Assembly (NCBI RefSeq): GCF_009914755.1
Contig: NC_060925.1
Origin: the human T2T-CHM13v2.0 reference genome, Homo sapiens
DNA length: 64,000 nucleotides
Reading direction: 5' to 3' (one strand)
In this document: in pieces, positions 41,931 through 55,389 of the stretch
Layout of the letters: every line of letters begins with the position of its first letter
Numbering within the stretch: position 1 is the stretch's first letter
Translations under genes and position numbers: made by a program
The notes under the pieces: model-generated
What the model saw: the letters and a program-made list of their open reading frames with translations, nothing else
The model's database searches: none
Told to the model about the DNA's origin: nothing

Positions 41931-43183
41931 AACGATAAAATCCAGAGATCTAGCTTTGGGATTTAGGCAAAATCTATCATTTAGGCAAGGGTGGGAATAG
42001 GAAGTACTCCTTCCTGAGAAAGCAGTATCTCTAATCTCTTGAAAGCAGCCATAGTGGCAGTCTAGTCAGGCCAAATGCTGTATGTTCCACATCCCCCATG
42101 TCCTAGAATGGCAGAACTGGGATGGCAGAAACAATTAACGGCAAGTGAAGCACAAAACCGGAAAAGACTGAGTGAAGTTTGTGGGTGAAATGGTCCACAT
42201 TCAAAATATAATGAGATGATGTTATTTCCCTTTTAAATTCCTTCTCATTCTTTTCTATATGCATTACTGCTTTCTCCTCTTTCCTCCCTCTTCTCTTTCA
42301 TGTGTATATTTTAAGCATTTATCACAAGGCATTCAATGACAATCTAATCAGAGTGCAGAGGGAGGCAGGGCTGTGTGTGTGGCACCAACCTGTGGGAAGT
42401 CCAGGAGAGGGGAGGAAGAGAAGAGCCCTTAATGTCTAAGACTCCGATATTGACATGTGCAGCAGAAAAGGAAAAAGCAGTTTACGTTCTCAGAATGGAA
42501 AAGGAAATACCACTTAGACAGCTTTTCAAAAAGGTATACTCGCTTTTGCTTTGTCCTAGCCACTTAAGAATTGTCATTCAGAACAGCAGTGAAGTCATTT
42601 CTGTGATTGTCCCAGAGGTCACTGTCACTGAGCTCACCAAAGGCCTTTTGATTTTAGTGTAACAACAGTCATTGACTAGTGACTGTAAAGTGATGGGGAT
42701 AAAAGGTATATTTTGACTTGAAGCTATCTTCCCTTGTCAGAAGAAGGCCTTCTAATAGTAGTAATAAATTCTTCTGTCTCTAAGTATAGCACAGGAGGTA
42801 TAGAAAAGCATATTGTAGGCATAGGCAATTTCTGGAGTTTAGCAGTCCAGAGCTAACTCTCTTTCAGAATTGCAAATGGAGTCCTGGTTCTGTTAAGGGA
42901 GGAGGCTGGGCAGGATAAACGCTATAGTTGAGAAACTCTGTATGTAGGAATGTTCTCACACATTCTTGCTTTCTTGGTAAGCTTCTCAAACTAGTTAGAT
43001 GGGCACAGAGGTTTGAAATCAGCCTCCCTTAAAGGCTGCCTGCCATCCCTTGCCAAAGCAGAGATCAGCAAATCTTCCAAGGTGATGGCCAGAGAAGGTC
43101 CTGGGCCTGCTGGTTCTTAGATTTGTGTCTTGTCCCCGTAGTCCATGTCTGATTTCTCATTATCCAGAGAAATGTTGACAACA

Positions 43184-43219
43184 TCAGACCACAAGGGACA
43201 TCCTGGTTGGAAAGTCATT
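43184..43219 (-). CDS. ILDR2: ILDR2 terminal coding exon (exon 10): NDFPTRMSLVV*
   Basis: Acceptor ttcctag then AAT GAC TTT CCA ACC AGG ATG TCC CTT GTG GTC TGA; in phase 0 with exon 9. Confidence 0.95.
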   Translation of the reverse strand, partial: NDFPTRMSLVV

Positions 43220-44359
43220 CTAGGAAAGAGCAGAAAGAGCCCAACATTAAGCCACATGCTAGTTAAAGAAAACAACGAATAACAGATGGTTCTCTGGGCA
43301 GAGTCCACAACCCGTTCAGTGCCAGGCACCCCTGATTCTCAGAACCTTTCATTAGACCTGTGATGGTTGATCCTAAGCCTCAGTAGAGGCTAAAGCCAGC
43401 ATACATCTGATAGGCTTAGTTCCATGGTCACAGAATAACTTCTCACCCCCTTTAGGATAACTACTATGTTTAGAGCTCCACAACAGCAAGTGTGGTTGGT
43501 ATTCCATAAACCTGAAATCGCCTGAAAGTTTCTTCCCTACTCATAGTACTTTGGTTATTGCATTTTTTTATTTAAGGAAAAATAAAATACACTGAATTCC
43601 TTTGGAAGGGTTAATAATTGTGTCAAAATCTTTTTCTGTTCATATTCCTTCTCCCCATACTAAACACTAAAGAAAACGTCCAGCTTGGATTCATAAAAAA
43701 CGGAATGGTGGGGAGGCAGGGTAATTGCGAAGGGGGAGAAGCAGTTGTGCTTGGAGAGTGATCTCCAAAGCATGGGGGTCAGAGGCCCTTGGTACCCCAC
43801 AGCGGACATTTGTGACTGTCCCCCAACATTTCTCTGAGGTCCAGGGCTCCCATTTTGGGGCTGTGGATGGAGTAGGCAGCTCTTGGCATTTTGAAAATAA
43901 TGAAGTCTATATAAGACCACTTACAAAAGAGACAATGAACTGGATAGGGACCAAAGGATTTCCTTCACATATACGGGCACAATGCAGTTTACACTCAATA
44001 AAACATCAAAAGAGGACAGACATGAGTTGTCCTTTGCAAACAGCAGTGGCTCTTAGCCTTCTCTGGGATGTGGGTTCTTGGAAATCGGATGCAAGTTACA
44101 AACCCTCGCCCCAAGCAGGGCTGGGGAGGAATGCACATAGAAGGATGCATCGAAGATTCTGCACACAGACCTCAGAAGCCCACTAAAGGCCGGTGGTGGT
44201 GATGGCTCCCGAGATCCCTGATGCTAAAGGCTTCTGAGTTGGTTAAATACCTAATGCTCCCTGTAAAACCATATACACGCCTTCAACTTTCTGCCTGTTT
44301 TTCAACTCTCCCAGCCCTTGCTTCCTTCCTTCATCTGGCCTTGGACAGAGTGAGGCTGA

Positions 44360-45330
44360 AAAAGCCCCCGGCCTAGCATCCGCGGACGAACTCGCCCAGG
44401 CAGGCCCCTGCGGCCTCTCCGGCAAGGACCCTCCCGCCTCGCCACCTCCCCGGCCCCCAGACAGCGACACTGCTCGCCCTGCCTGGAGGCTCCCGCTCAG
44501 TCCCCTCGGAGGAGGGGAGGCAGACGCAGTCTCACGGTTTTCTTGGCGGGCTCCTTTTTCCTCTTCTTCTCCGAGTTGCTGTGGTAGGGCAGGTCGCGGC
44601 CGCGGTAGGACGGGCCGCGGGTCAGCTCCAGCTCGCTGTAGGGCGGCAGCGCGTCGTCGGACGCGTCCTCCTGGTCGTCCTGCGACGAGCCGGCCTTGTA
44701 GGTGCCGGGCGGCGACCAAGCGTAGTAGGAGGCGCTGCGCGGGCCGAGCTGCGCGCTCCGCTTGGATGGCGTCTCCAGGCTGCCACCGCGGCTGGCGCCC
44801 TCGGGCCGCGCCTGGCGCTCCCGCGCGCTGCCCAGGTACGAGTGGTCGTATTTGGGTGCGGTGCCTGGCGTGCGGCTCACCAGCCGCGGCAGGTGCGCGT
44901 CCTCGGCGGGTCTGCGGCGCGCGGGGCTGAAGGCCCAGCCGCGGTCAGCATCGGTCAGGGGCTCGCGGCTGCGGCTGCGCTGACCGTAGTACTCCTCCAA
45001 GGAGTCGTCCTGGTAGAAGCCGCTGTGCGCCCGCGACTCCGAGCGCTCGAAGCGGCTCCCGCCCCGCGCCTCGTGACTGTTGCCGTCTGCCCGGCGGGGC
45101 CGCTGGCCGTAGGAGTCAGCGAAGGCCGCCAGCTCGTCCATGGAAACGGCCGGCACCCCCGTGGCGAAGTTCTTCCGCGACAGCATCTCCGACTTGGAGC
45201 GCGGCTGGCTGCGGGCAGAGAAGGAGGGGGTCAGACGGCCGGTCCCTCCCTGGAGCTCCAGGTAGGGCTCCCAAGAGCACCCATCGTGTCCTGGGGCCAC
45301 GCTCAGGAGACCTCGGCCTGAGCCTCAGCT
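44360..45330. other. Intragenic CpG island over ILDR2 exon 9
   Basis: Very high GC and CpG density that extends into both flanking introns. Confidence 0.85.
44536..45208 (-). CDS. ILDR2: ILDR2 exon 9 (673 nt): (S)QPRSKSEMLSRKNF...KKRKKEPAKKT
   Basis: AG acceptor at 45210-45209, GTGAG donor at 44535-44531; matches the ILDR2 cytoplasmic tail; phases fit both neighbours. Confidence 0.96.
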
Positions 45331-45942
45331 CCGCTCCAGGCTGGATGAAGCATTCCAGGCTCCTCTCACACCCCAGAACGTCAAGTAGGGGCAACCGAGT
45401 CTATTCCACTCGTGTGCCACGCATCAAAATGGGGTTGTGTGGATAGAACATATTCTGTATCCTATGGAATACTGACCCACCGTGGGGCTGCCTTCTGGTC
45501 ATTATGTTGTGACCTCGGGTTGACAGCCACACGTCTCCACCCTCAAAGCCAGCGCAGGTGTCAGTACACACAGTTATGGTCCCAGGAGTCCCTGTAATGT
45601 GTGGTGACACACAGAGAGGCCTTTTCTTCCCTCAGAGCCAAGGGCCAAGTTACCTACTGGGGCAGGAGGGGAGAAGGACACTTGCAATTTGTAAGGGAAA
45701 GGCAATGTTCACTGTCTTTTAAGGTAAAGGACAGATGAGTGGTGAAGGTGCTATTTAGGGGGAATAGCAAATCTTAGCCTCCCACAATTGTTGTGGGAGG
45801 CCACATCACCTGGGTAAGTGCCTTAGCACCTAGAAGTTTCCATTTTCCCAGCTTAAAATAGGGGCATTAATAGTAGCTGCCCTTTAGAGTTATGAGAATT
45901 AAATGTAAGAGAAGTGTTTGGCATTTTACCTTTCATATACTA

Positions 45943-46100
<158 letters not shown>

Positions 46101-46421
46101 GATGGAGATGATGGGTGGGATTTTGTAGAGGTTATAGGATAAAATATATGAGAAGGGCAGAGATATATTAATGTTCATTAAAGGGTCTAGGGGACCCATT
46201 TCAAAGGTCTTGAATAATTACTTCTACACATGTTGTCACAAGTGTTCCCTGTCTTGACAAATGTGAGATGTTCAATATCCTGTAGAAAGAGAGATGTGTC
46301 AGGATAACCTGGAATGGGAGACAGAGATGCTACTGGATGGCATCTTCCTTGCCTCCGATCTACCCTGCCTTCCAGCTCCTGCCCCCTCACACCGACCAGA
46401 CCTGCCCCTCACAGCCATCAC

Positions 46422-46638
46422 CTGTGCCTGAAGCTCTCTCGATCCTCTTTGTTATACTCCATGGCTGAGGGCCCGCGGCTTGCCCCACTGCTGCCTCCCA
46501 TGACACCTGACCAATAGTCAGGATTGCTCTCCAAGTCCCCAGACACAGGGAACTGCTTGCTTCTCATCTGATGGAAAGACTGGCGGAAATTGCTGTCCTC
46601 CTCATGTAGGGAGCTGAGTTCTGAGATGGTGTTGTTAT
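46422..46638 (-). CDS. ILDR2: ILDR2 exon 8 (217 nt): (Y)NNTISELSSLHEED...EDRESFRH(S)
   Basis: cctgcag acceptor, AG|GTGA donor, phase 1 to 2. Confidence 0.95.
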
Positions 46639-48384
46639 CTGCAGGGACAAAATCAGGCATGATAGAGCTTTTTGTGTTACTCTGTTTTAGACAGGAAGAG
46701 AATCCTGTTAAGGGCTGAGACCCTAGGCTCCAGGAAACTCCTGCCTCATTGCTGTCCAGGGTGGGTTGTAAGCCTGAACTAGTGGTGTTTGTATTCTTAG
46801 CTCAGCAGGCATTGGCTCCAGTTTGAAGCCTACTTGCTTACAGAGAGGGAGGTTCCTACATGCTCTGTTCTTGGAATAGGAGAACAAGTTTGTTATTGTT
46901 GCACCTAAGGCAGGCTTTCCAGAACTCAGGATCTCTGTTGCTGGCCTCCTCCTAGTACATCATCATCCTTGTTCAAATGTTTTCTTCTTCCTTTATAATT
47001 CTGTGATGAGCTGTGTTGATCCTAGACATGTTAAGCCAAAAACAGAAAAAGAGAGACAGAAGCCATAGATCACAGCATCTTCCTTACTGCTGGCCCAGTC
47101 CTAAGATGGACCTTCAGAGCCAGTACTGCCATATGCTGTAGAGGCACTGCATTCTGGCCTCCTTTGGCTGTGCCCCTCCCCACAGAGCAGGAAGTCCACA
47201 GAATAGTTGAATAGTCAAGGGGAAACCTGTACCTAGTATCCATATACCCCCTGACTTAGCCCATGCTCATTTAGGAACCTGGAAGATCCTGCTCAAGTAG
47301 CACCAAGCCTACTTCCAGCACTTGGGCAGACCTCTTCCCCTCTCCCAAAAAAGTTTTCCAGGGGTATGTGTCCATGAGTGGCTAGGCCAGCATTTTGGAA
47401 GTATGGAAAGAAGAGGAGGGTGTGCTGTACTTATACCTGTGGGCCTCTACTTATACTCTGGCCCCAGCCCAAAAATACAAATGGGGGTATCTAGTCACAG
47501 CTTTCTAATTTCCTAAAGTGGCCTAAGTAGCTTTTTGCAAAAGCACTTGTGAACAAGGACCAGAATCACAGTCTGGAAAGGAAAAAATAAACAAAAACTC
47601 AACTATTTATTTATAAAACTTTGAAATGTATTGAATTTCATTGTACTTAAAAAATAAATCTACTGAATCTATTTGCAATGTAACTGAATCCATTGGTTTT
47701 CTAAAGTCCTTTAATTAGAACTTCAAAATATTATCAAAAACAACATTTACCAAATTTCAGGCCTAGCTGTTGAGTGAGAGGTGGGCCAAGATAAGATGTG
47801 GAAATATGTGTCTCAGATTCCCTCTACTTTCCCCCCTTGCTATCCCCAAGAGTCCTTGGAGGAACAGGGGATTTTTGCACAAAGATGAGGGAGGGTCTCC
47901 CAACACAGCCTCCTAGTTCTGTTTCACCAGGGGCAGAGCGTTTACCACGAATGCCATTCAATTTTATCATGCAATCAGTTGATTTTTAATTATAATTTAA
48001 TTTTTAACCTTTTCTTCCATCTAAGAAGAAGGGACTATGCCTATTTTAAGGAAAATAACTCAGATACTATTGATTAATAAAATCTAGAACTTTTCCTTTC
48101 TCATGATCCCCATGAATTCCAGTATCCCAGGGATCACACAGAAGAGGCCTTTAAAATGCACCAAATGACCCTACTGAAAAATAGCATTGTTGGCTCAGAA
48201 CTTTCCTTAAACTTCAGGGAATACTTGATTTTTTTTATTTATCTAGATAATGAGGACGATCTATGTTTCACTATTCACAGTGATGGATTGTCTAAGTTGT
48301 ATATTGTGCTAAAATTTCTGCCAAGTTGAACATAAACATCGACCTGCCCCCATCTCACAGACATCCACAATGTAACTCTAGGAT

Positions 48385-48900
<516 letters not shown>

Positions 48901-50459
48901 TATACTAGAACTTCCCAGACTAAAAACATCCCCTAAACAACCCCCACCATTTAGAAGGGCAAAGCAAATGAGGACCATACTGGCTAGCAAATTCATGAGC
49001 CTGGACCTCAAACTCAATTCTTACAGAATCTGTTACTCTCCTGCCCCAACCTGAAACCATGAGATCCATTTTATAATGAGATTTCAAGATTGCCCAGTTC
49101 CATGATCCAGCCCATGGTTTACTATGTTCTTCAGGAACAGGACTTCTCAAAGTAAACAGTATTCCTACTTTATCTCTATGCAGTTGTTATAATATTAACT
49201 TGCAGGTTCCAGGAGATCAGGGTTCCAGTTCTGGCACTGGCACTGAGTACTGGTGCTTGTTACTTTCCCTTTCTACCTTAGTGAAGGGGACGGATTCAAC
49301 AACCTCAGAGTCCCTTCCAGCTCTGACATTCTAAAGTCCTACTAGCTAGAAGGCTGTGGTCTCTGAACAGAATGGAGCCATGGAGCCATCCACATTACAG
49401 CCATGGAGCCATCCACAGTTTGCCCAAGAGTTTCTTCTGGAAAGACCACAGGACTGGGAATCAGAAGAGCTGGAATCTGGTCCTAATTGTGTCACCGCAT
49501 CCCTAGGCTTCTGTTTCCTCACCTGCACACTACAAAGGTTAACCTAGGCCATCTCTAAGACCCCCTTTGACTCTAAGAGTCCATTACCTTATGACCATTA
49601 AGCCCCTAGAGACCATTTTAATGAAGTAGAGAGACAGGAGACATCACCTAAACCAGAATTCTTCCTTTAGTTTTAACCTTAGCTGTTAACTTTTTCTCTG
49701 AGCTGTGAGATTCGCAAATTTCCTGCACAGACTCCTCTGTGGTCCCTGACTCACTCTGTCTCTGGCCCCTTACAGGGATCCATGACAACATTGTTACAAC
49801 TAGCTTGTCAAGTGCAGTGACATCTGCATTCCTGACATTCCAATCTGGAAATGGTCTTTTTATAGTCGGTGTGGTGGGAGGATACAGCAATGGATACAAC
49901 GCAGACAGGATGAATTTAGAATTGCAAACTGGGTGGAATATGTTGTCCTTAATCTGAATAAAGCTCTTCTAGTCTGGGACTGTTTCCCCAACAATTCCGT
50001 CAAGTCTCTCGTTAGTTCCAAGAAGAGGAGGGTAAAGAGACAGCATAATGACCTCACTTCCACACCCGCCAGCACCCTCTGATAATGAGCCTGTCCATGT
50101 GGGACCTGCCCTATGTTACCTCCCATGATACATAAGTTGGAATCCACCCCAAGAATCAGCTGTGTCAGCTGCAGAGTATCCAAGGGCTGGGGGTGAGTTA
50201 AGGGTTGGGGCCCGGCCACCTCAGACTTAGTATTCAAAAAGTTCTTTTGACAAGAGGATCAGCCTCTTTGCTTGCCCCTTAATCTCTGTTGTTTGGCATC
50301 TTCGAGGAGCAACAACCTTTTTTCCAGATTCACGTGCCAGACTTGTTCTTTCACTTTCAGGAGGCCTCCATGCAGCGAGTTGGTGGTTGTATTATCCAAG
50401 GCTAGCACCCTTCACGTTGGAAAAAACTGATACTTAAGCTTCCACATCTTAAGACATTA

Positions 50460-50557
50460 CTTTGAATATATTTTAAAGGGAGTAGAAGGGAAAGACTATT
50501 TGGAATGCTTTATTAAAATAGTCTTTCCCTTCTACTCCTTTTAAAATATATTCAAAG
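50460..50557. repeat. 42-bp near-perfect inverted repeat with a 14-nt loop
   Basis: 50460-50501 is the reverse complement of 50516-50557 at 41 of 42 positions. Confidence 0.95.
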
Positions 50558-50897
50558 AAAGTTGGTTCTTTATTCAAAGAAAGTTTGAATAAAATATATT
50601 CAAAGAATGTTGGTTCTATCCATGGGGCATGGATAACACAGCCCCAGAAATACTGACTGCCCCATGGAGAAAACCAACATAAACCAAGATGCTACCGAAT
50701 TGCTCTACTCTTCACACCAGAAGACCTTTTTTTCCCCTCTGTGTACTGAGAGCTACTTTCTTCAGTAGTGTCACCAGCACCCCTGCTAATTCTAAGCCTG
50801 CAAGCTCAGGGCTGCCCAAGTTTGGTGACCCCCAAATCCCCTTTACACACTAACTCCTGCATAATGCACAGATCACAGAAAACTAACAGATGCTCAC

Positions 50898-51011
50898 ATC
50901 TGCCTCTCATCCTTCTGGCTGGATCAAACTGAGCCAGCTCCTTCTCAACATAGTACAGGACCTTCATGGAGTCTCTCTCTTTGTCAGCCTGGATCCGGTA
51001 ACCTTTGCGAA
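50898..51011 (-). CDS. ILDR2: ILDR2 exon 7 (114 nt): (V)RKGYRIQADKERDSMKVLYYVEKELAQFDPARRMRGR
   Basis: tcaacag acceptor, GTGAG donor; angulin-family VLYYVEKELAQFDP motif. Confidence 0.96.
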
Positions 51012-51949
51012 CTGTTGAGAAAAGCACAAGAAGGTGAGCTGAAAAAGGAAAATATCAGGAGAAGGAGGCCTCCATTTATTTTACCAAGTAGAAAATAGGG
51101 TTTCCAATTATAACAACTCTTTTTGAAATCACCCAGAAATAACGATCTATATTTATACATATGGGACCATATCTGTGATCCCCTTTATCAGATGGCGCCA
51201 CTGGAATGGAGGACCTAAAGGTCAACAACAAAATTCCATTACAGTCTATTTTTAGTCATTTGTTAACTTCTGCTTCCTATCTTTTGACCTCTTACAGCTC
51301 CACTTAGTGCTCATCTTCTCAGCGCTTTTGCGTTCCATTGGAGGAGCATATTCACACTAAAAAAAGACCACTTTCTAGATTGAGGACATGCGTCACTCTA
51401 GCATCTGAGGATCCCACCTTCACTTTGTGAGAGCACAGGTAACTTACAGATACTCAAACATCAAGGGCCTTGACAAAGTTGGCCTGAAAGCTTTGAGTTG
51501 CCTAGGAGATAATGCAAAAGTTCCTTAAACTGAGTTGTGTATAAGAGCTAATATTAATTTCTAGACCATATACATAGTAGTACAAAACAAAATTCAAACT
51601 ATGTGGATTTTTAATTATGGTTCCATTTCATTTCTTTAGCATTTTCCTTTTAGGAGAAGGAATACTGTGTTTTAGACATGATTAATTTGACCTGCTGCGA
51701 TGTGGTTACAAGCAGCTGTTATTTTCAGGGCTTAATAAAAAACAAAACTAAAGCAGGAGAGAGAACATCTCCTACATCTCTATCACTCATATTGTCAGAG
51801 ACAAAGGCTGTTTAAGCCCCATATCACTTAAGTATCAGTCTAGCCCAATACCAGCCCCAAGAGTGATAGATACCAGTGGGCCTAATTTACAGATAAGAGA
51901 AAGAGGAAAAAACGAAAGAGAGAAGGGAATGATGGGATGGGTACTGAAA

Positions 51950-52160
51950 AATAATGGTAATTAGTCAGTACTTACTGGGCACTGAAAATGTGCTAGGTAC
52001 TGTGCTAAATGCTTTACATGGACATTTGTTCCTCAGAACCACCTAAAACAGTACTGTTATCAGCCACATTTTATGTTTGAGAAAATTTTGGGTCAGAGGG
52101 GTTTCATAACTTGCCCAGGAAAAATTTAGCAGTGCCAGGGCTGGAACCATGTAGTCTGAT
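51950..52160 (-). mobile_element. MIR fragment
   Basis: aggtactgtgctaaatgctttacatg...taacttgccca core. Confidence 0.65.
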
Positions 52161-55100
52161 GGAAGCTTAACCATATTTGGGCATCTTGCCTCTCTAGAGT
52201 CTAAGAAGAGAGGTAGTGAGAAGAGACAGGTGAGAAAAACAAGGAAGGAAAGCCCAGAGTAAGAACTGCTTTAGCTATGCCATGGGTTGTATGGTCTGCA
52301 CAGCATGGTCCTATATTCCAGCTATTAAGGACTTTTCAATGGGATGTAAGCTAGTGACCTAACTCCAGCATTCCCTGTTCCCAAAGTGGGGCAAACACCA
52401 TAAAGAAACCATATGACTGCATGTAAATTCAGAGAAAACCCTGCTGTATAGTGTCTGGCCATGTTACCCTGGCTGCGGACAAAACCCTCCCACGCAAGCT
52501 ATTTACATGGAAGATTAAAATATAAAATTCCATAGCACTCTAATTGTAGTCCAAGCACTAAAAACAGAAGTCACCCACACACCCATTTGCAGGTGCACCG
52601 ATTTTCTATATGAGAATATACTGGGCAGTCCACATTCATCTCAAATTGTGGAATTACTTAGAAAAAAAATTAATGAATCTCAGCACACACTTTTTAGTGG
52701 CACTTTCTCCCAGAGGTTAGATCCATAATCCTTGTGTGGAAGCAATGATTAGCAGAAATAATTTTATTTATCAAGCTAAACATTCTTCCATCTCTACAAA
52801 GGCATTTACTGAGTCGTACAGACAGTTCAATTAAAATGCAATTATCCCACAGAACTGCTATGTCTGTTCTGGAGGCAGTTATGTCTGATGGATGAGACTC
52901 CAGCCTGGGAAGTGGGGAACTGGGCATTGTGTAGGCATGCAGTGCTATTTATTGAGGGACCTCAAAGAAATGGTGACCTATGTAGGACTCAGTTTTCATG
53001 TCTATAAAATGCAATGAATACTTGCCAACCTTTAAATAATCTCTTAAAGATGAGAGGACAACTAAGACCAAATCAGTGGAGCACTTTGAGTTCTCTATCA
53101 TTATCAGGAGCTGCTCAAATGCTGCCTCAGCCAAAGGGCTTTCTTTGATTCTCATAGCTTGAAAAGTTCTGTCTCTCTCTCTAACTTACAAATCATTCAG
53201 TTTGAATTTTATTATGGCCCTTAATATATTCTAGTTTGTTTCAAGTTATCTGTATAAATGTCTAATCTTCTCAAAGATTCTTGAAGGAAAAGAATCCTTA
53301 TGGTTCTGGATCTCCATGTGCCTAAAACCATGCTTTACACATAGTGGGGAACTTAAAAAATGTTCGTTGCATTGCTGTCAGCCTGGGAATTGGGGCAGGG
53401 TTAATGGTTTCTTTGAGAAGTGCATTTTCAGTAGAGTTTTCCCCTCTAGACTGCAAACTTCCTGAGAGCAAGGACTAGGTTCGCTTCTGTATCCCCAGCA
53501 CCTAGCATAGAGCCTGGCACATTGTAGACATTTGAAATATGTGTGTTTGTAATGAATGAAGGAATGAGTGAATGAATGAGGAGAAACTGGGAATAGAAAC
53601 CATATTATAAGAGACTACAACATATAGCAGATGAGGCCATATGGGCGGTTTATTGGAGAATTTTGATCAGGAAGGGAAAGGCTTGGATCGTAGAAAAGTC
53701 TGGGTATCATGATTATTATTATTATTAATTTTTTTAAGGAAAACTAGCATGTCTGTATGCATTATGAAAAGGGCCTACCCTACCTGGAGCTGTGGTTTTA
53801 TCTAGGTGTTCTAATTTCTGAAGCACTGTTATGGTAAACATTCAGTGATACTGCGCTAGAGGTCATGGGGGAGGGGGCCCATAAAGTTGTTGCTATATGG
53901 AACAATGTACCAGCTGTGCCCTGGCAGACAGACATGGTCGGTGAGAGATGGCTGCCACCCTGAGAAGCAGCTGGAGGATCCTCAGTTAATTGCCACTTGG
54001 ACTAGAGCATAGTTTTCTATGTCATTATAACAAATTACACTCCTCATTATGATACAGATTTGATTGTGTATGCATAGGTTATCATGTCCCTGAAAAGTTA
54101 CAGTAACCATTTATAGCCTCAAATGAAGATGATAGTTTTGCCTTCAGTGCTGGCATTATAAAGAGACTCCACTGTACCAGATACTTTCAGCCTTGACTTC
54201 TTAGTCACAGCAGCCCATGACTTCAGAAATCTAAATTCCTCTAATTTGTCAAAAAAGACAGAGGCAAAGTATTGATCTTTTGACTTTAGGAGTATCATCC
54301 ATTTGGTTTCAGTAGCTAAAAACCTGGGCAATTCTCCTTCTAAAAGCTATTGGACTTTTTAAAAATGATAAGCTACAAGTTCAAATATACTAAACTATTC
54401 CCTGATCCTGGTAGAATCTGGCTCTATGTCACATACATTCTGAGGAGCATATGAAACACCAGAAAACCTTTCCTGGTCCCTCCTCTCCAAGGATGAGATT
54501 TTCCTTTCTGAGCTGGCATTATGGATCAATCTTATACTGCCTTGTATTACTTACTCATTTTATTTCCACTTACAAGCCCCAGCAACCACCTGGTAGACTG
54601 TACATTCCTTGACGGCAGGTAAAATTTGTTAGCGTTCATTAAATTTTTCTTGATTTGACAGCAAATAGCATGGTGTCAGATTGATTTTTATCTGTAATTT
54701 GTCTGAAGATCACAGAACTCTCTGGGACGTATGGTGATGTTTTAATAAGAAATGTCCTAGACTATTGGCCAAAGTTCAGCATATTTGGAAAATGACCTTT
54801 TTCCCCAGTGATGTTTCAGTTTAAGATTGATGGATGATTTATCTGTTTTCAAGTTCAGTCTGGCCCAAGTCATTTGGCTGCTGTGGCTCTTCATACTTCA
54901 CCTCCTCTAATTTATTAGCCTTGCCAACTTCAATTTTTGGAGAGGGGATATTGGGATATTCACTTTGATGCCAAACTATAATTTTAAAAATTCTTATTGT
55001 TAAAGGATTTTTGCTGATACTTTTGACCCAATTAAGGTTTAGGTAGTTTTCAGCTAATTTCCTCATTACAGCCAAAATCCAACTTGTAAAACTTGCAAAA

Positions 55101-55389
55101 GAAGTCTCCGAGGCAGATACTCATGGATATAGCCTTGTTCTTCCTGTCCTATCTTAATAAGCTAAGTAAAGCTGTTTATGGATGATGGAACAGCTGCCAG
55201 ATTCCACCCCCAAGGTGACAGCAGCTCAGCTGTGGGAGAAGTGATTCTTAAAATTTGCATATTCTCTGTATACATACAGTAGGCATATATATAGATACAC
55301 ATCCTTATTAATTTTGAAAATGACATTTCAAAACCCTACTTGCCTACTCAATTCTTTTGCATGAAGAATGGGTGGAGGACAGGTAGATG

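Larger units (their letters stand above)
37030..43183 (-). other. ILDR2: ILDR2 3' UTR (probable extent; may continue to about 32010)
   Basis: Follows the TGA in the terminal exon; the 3' end is inferred from poly(A) signal candidates only. Confidence 0.55.

Noticed and set aside
45209-45300. N-terminal part of the 267-aa ORF (MAPGHDG...)
   Set aside because: Intronic sequence upstream of the exon 9 acceptor; the real frame enters by splicing from exon 8.
44243-45394. 246-aa antisense ORF (44581-45321) and alternative-frame ORFs over exon 9
   Set aside because: Shadow ORFs of a GC-rich coding exon; low-complexity products with no independent support.
49376-49417. 19-bp micro-duplication agccatggagccatccaca
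   Set aside because: Ordinary slippage-type duplication with no functional cue.
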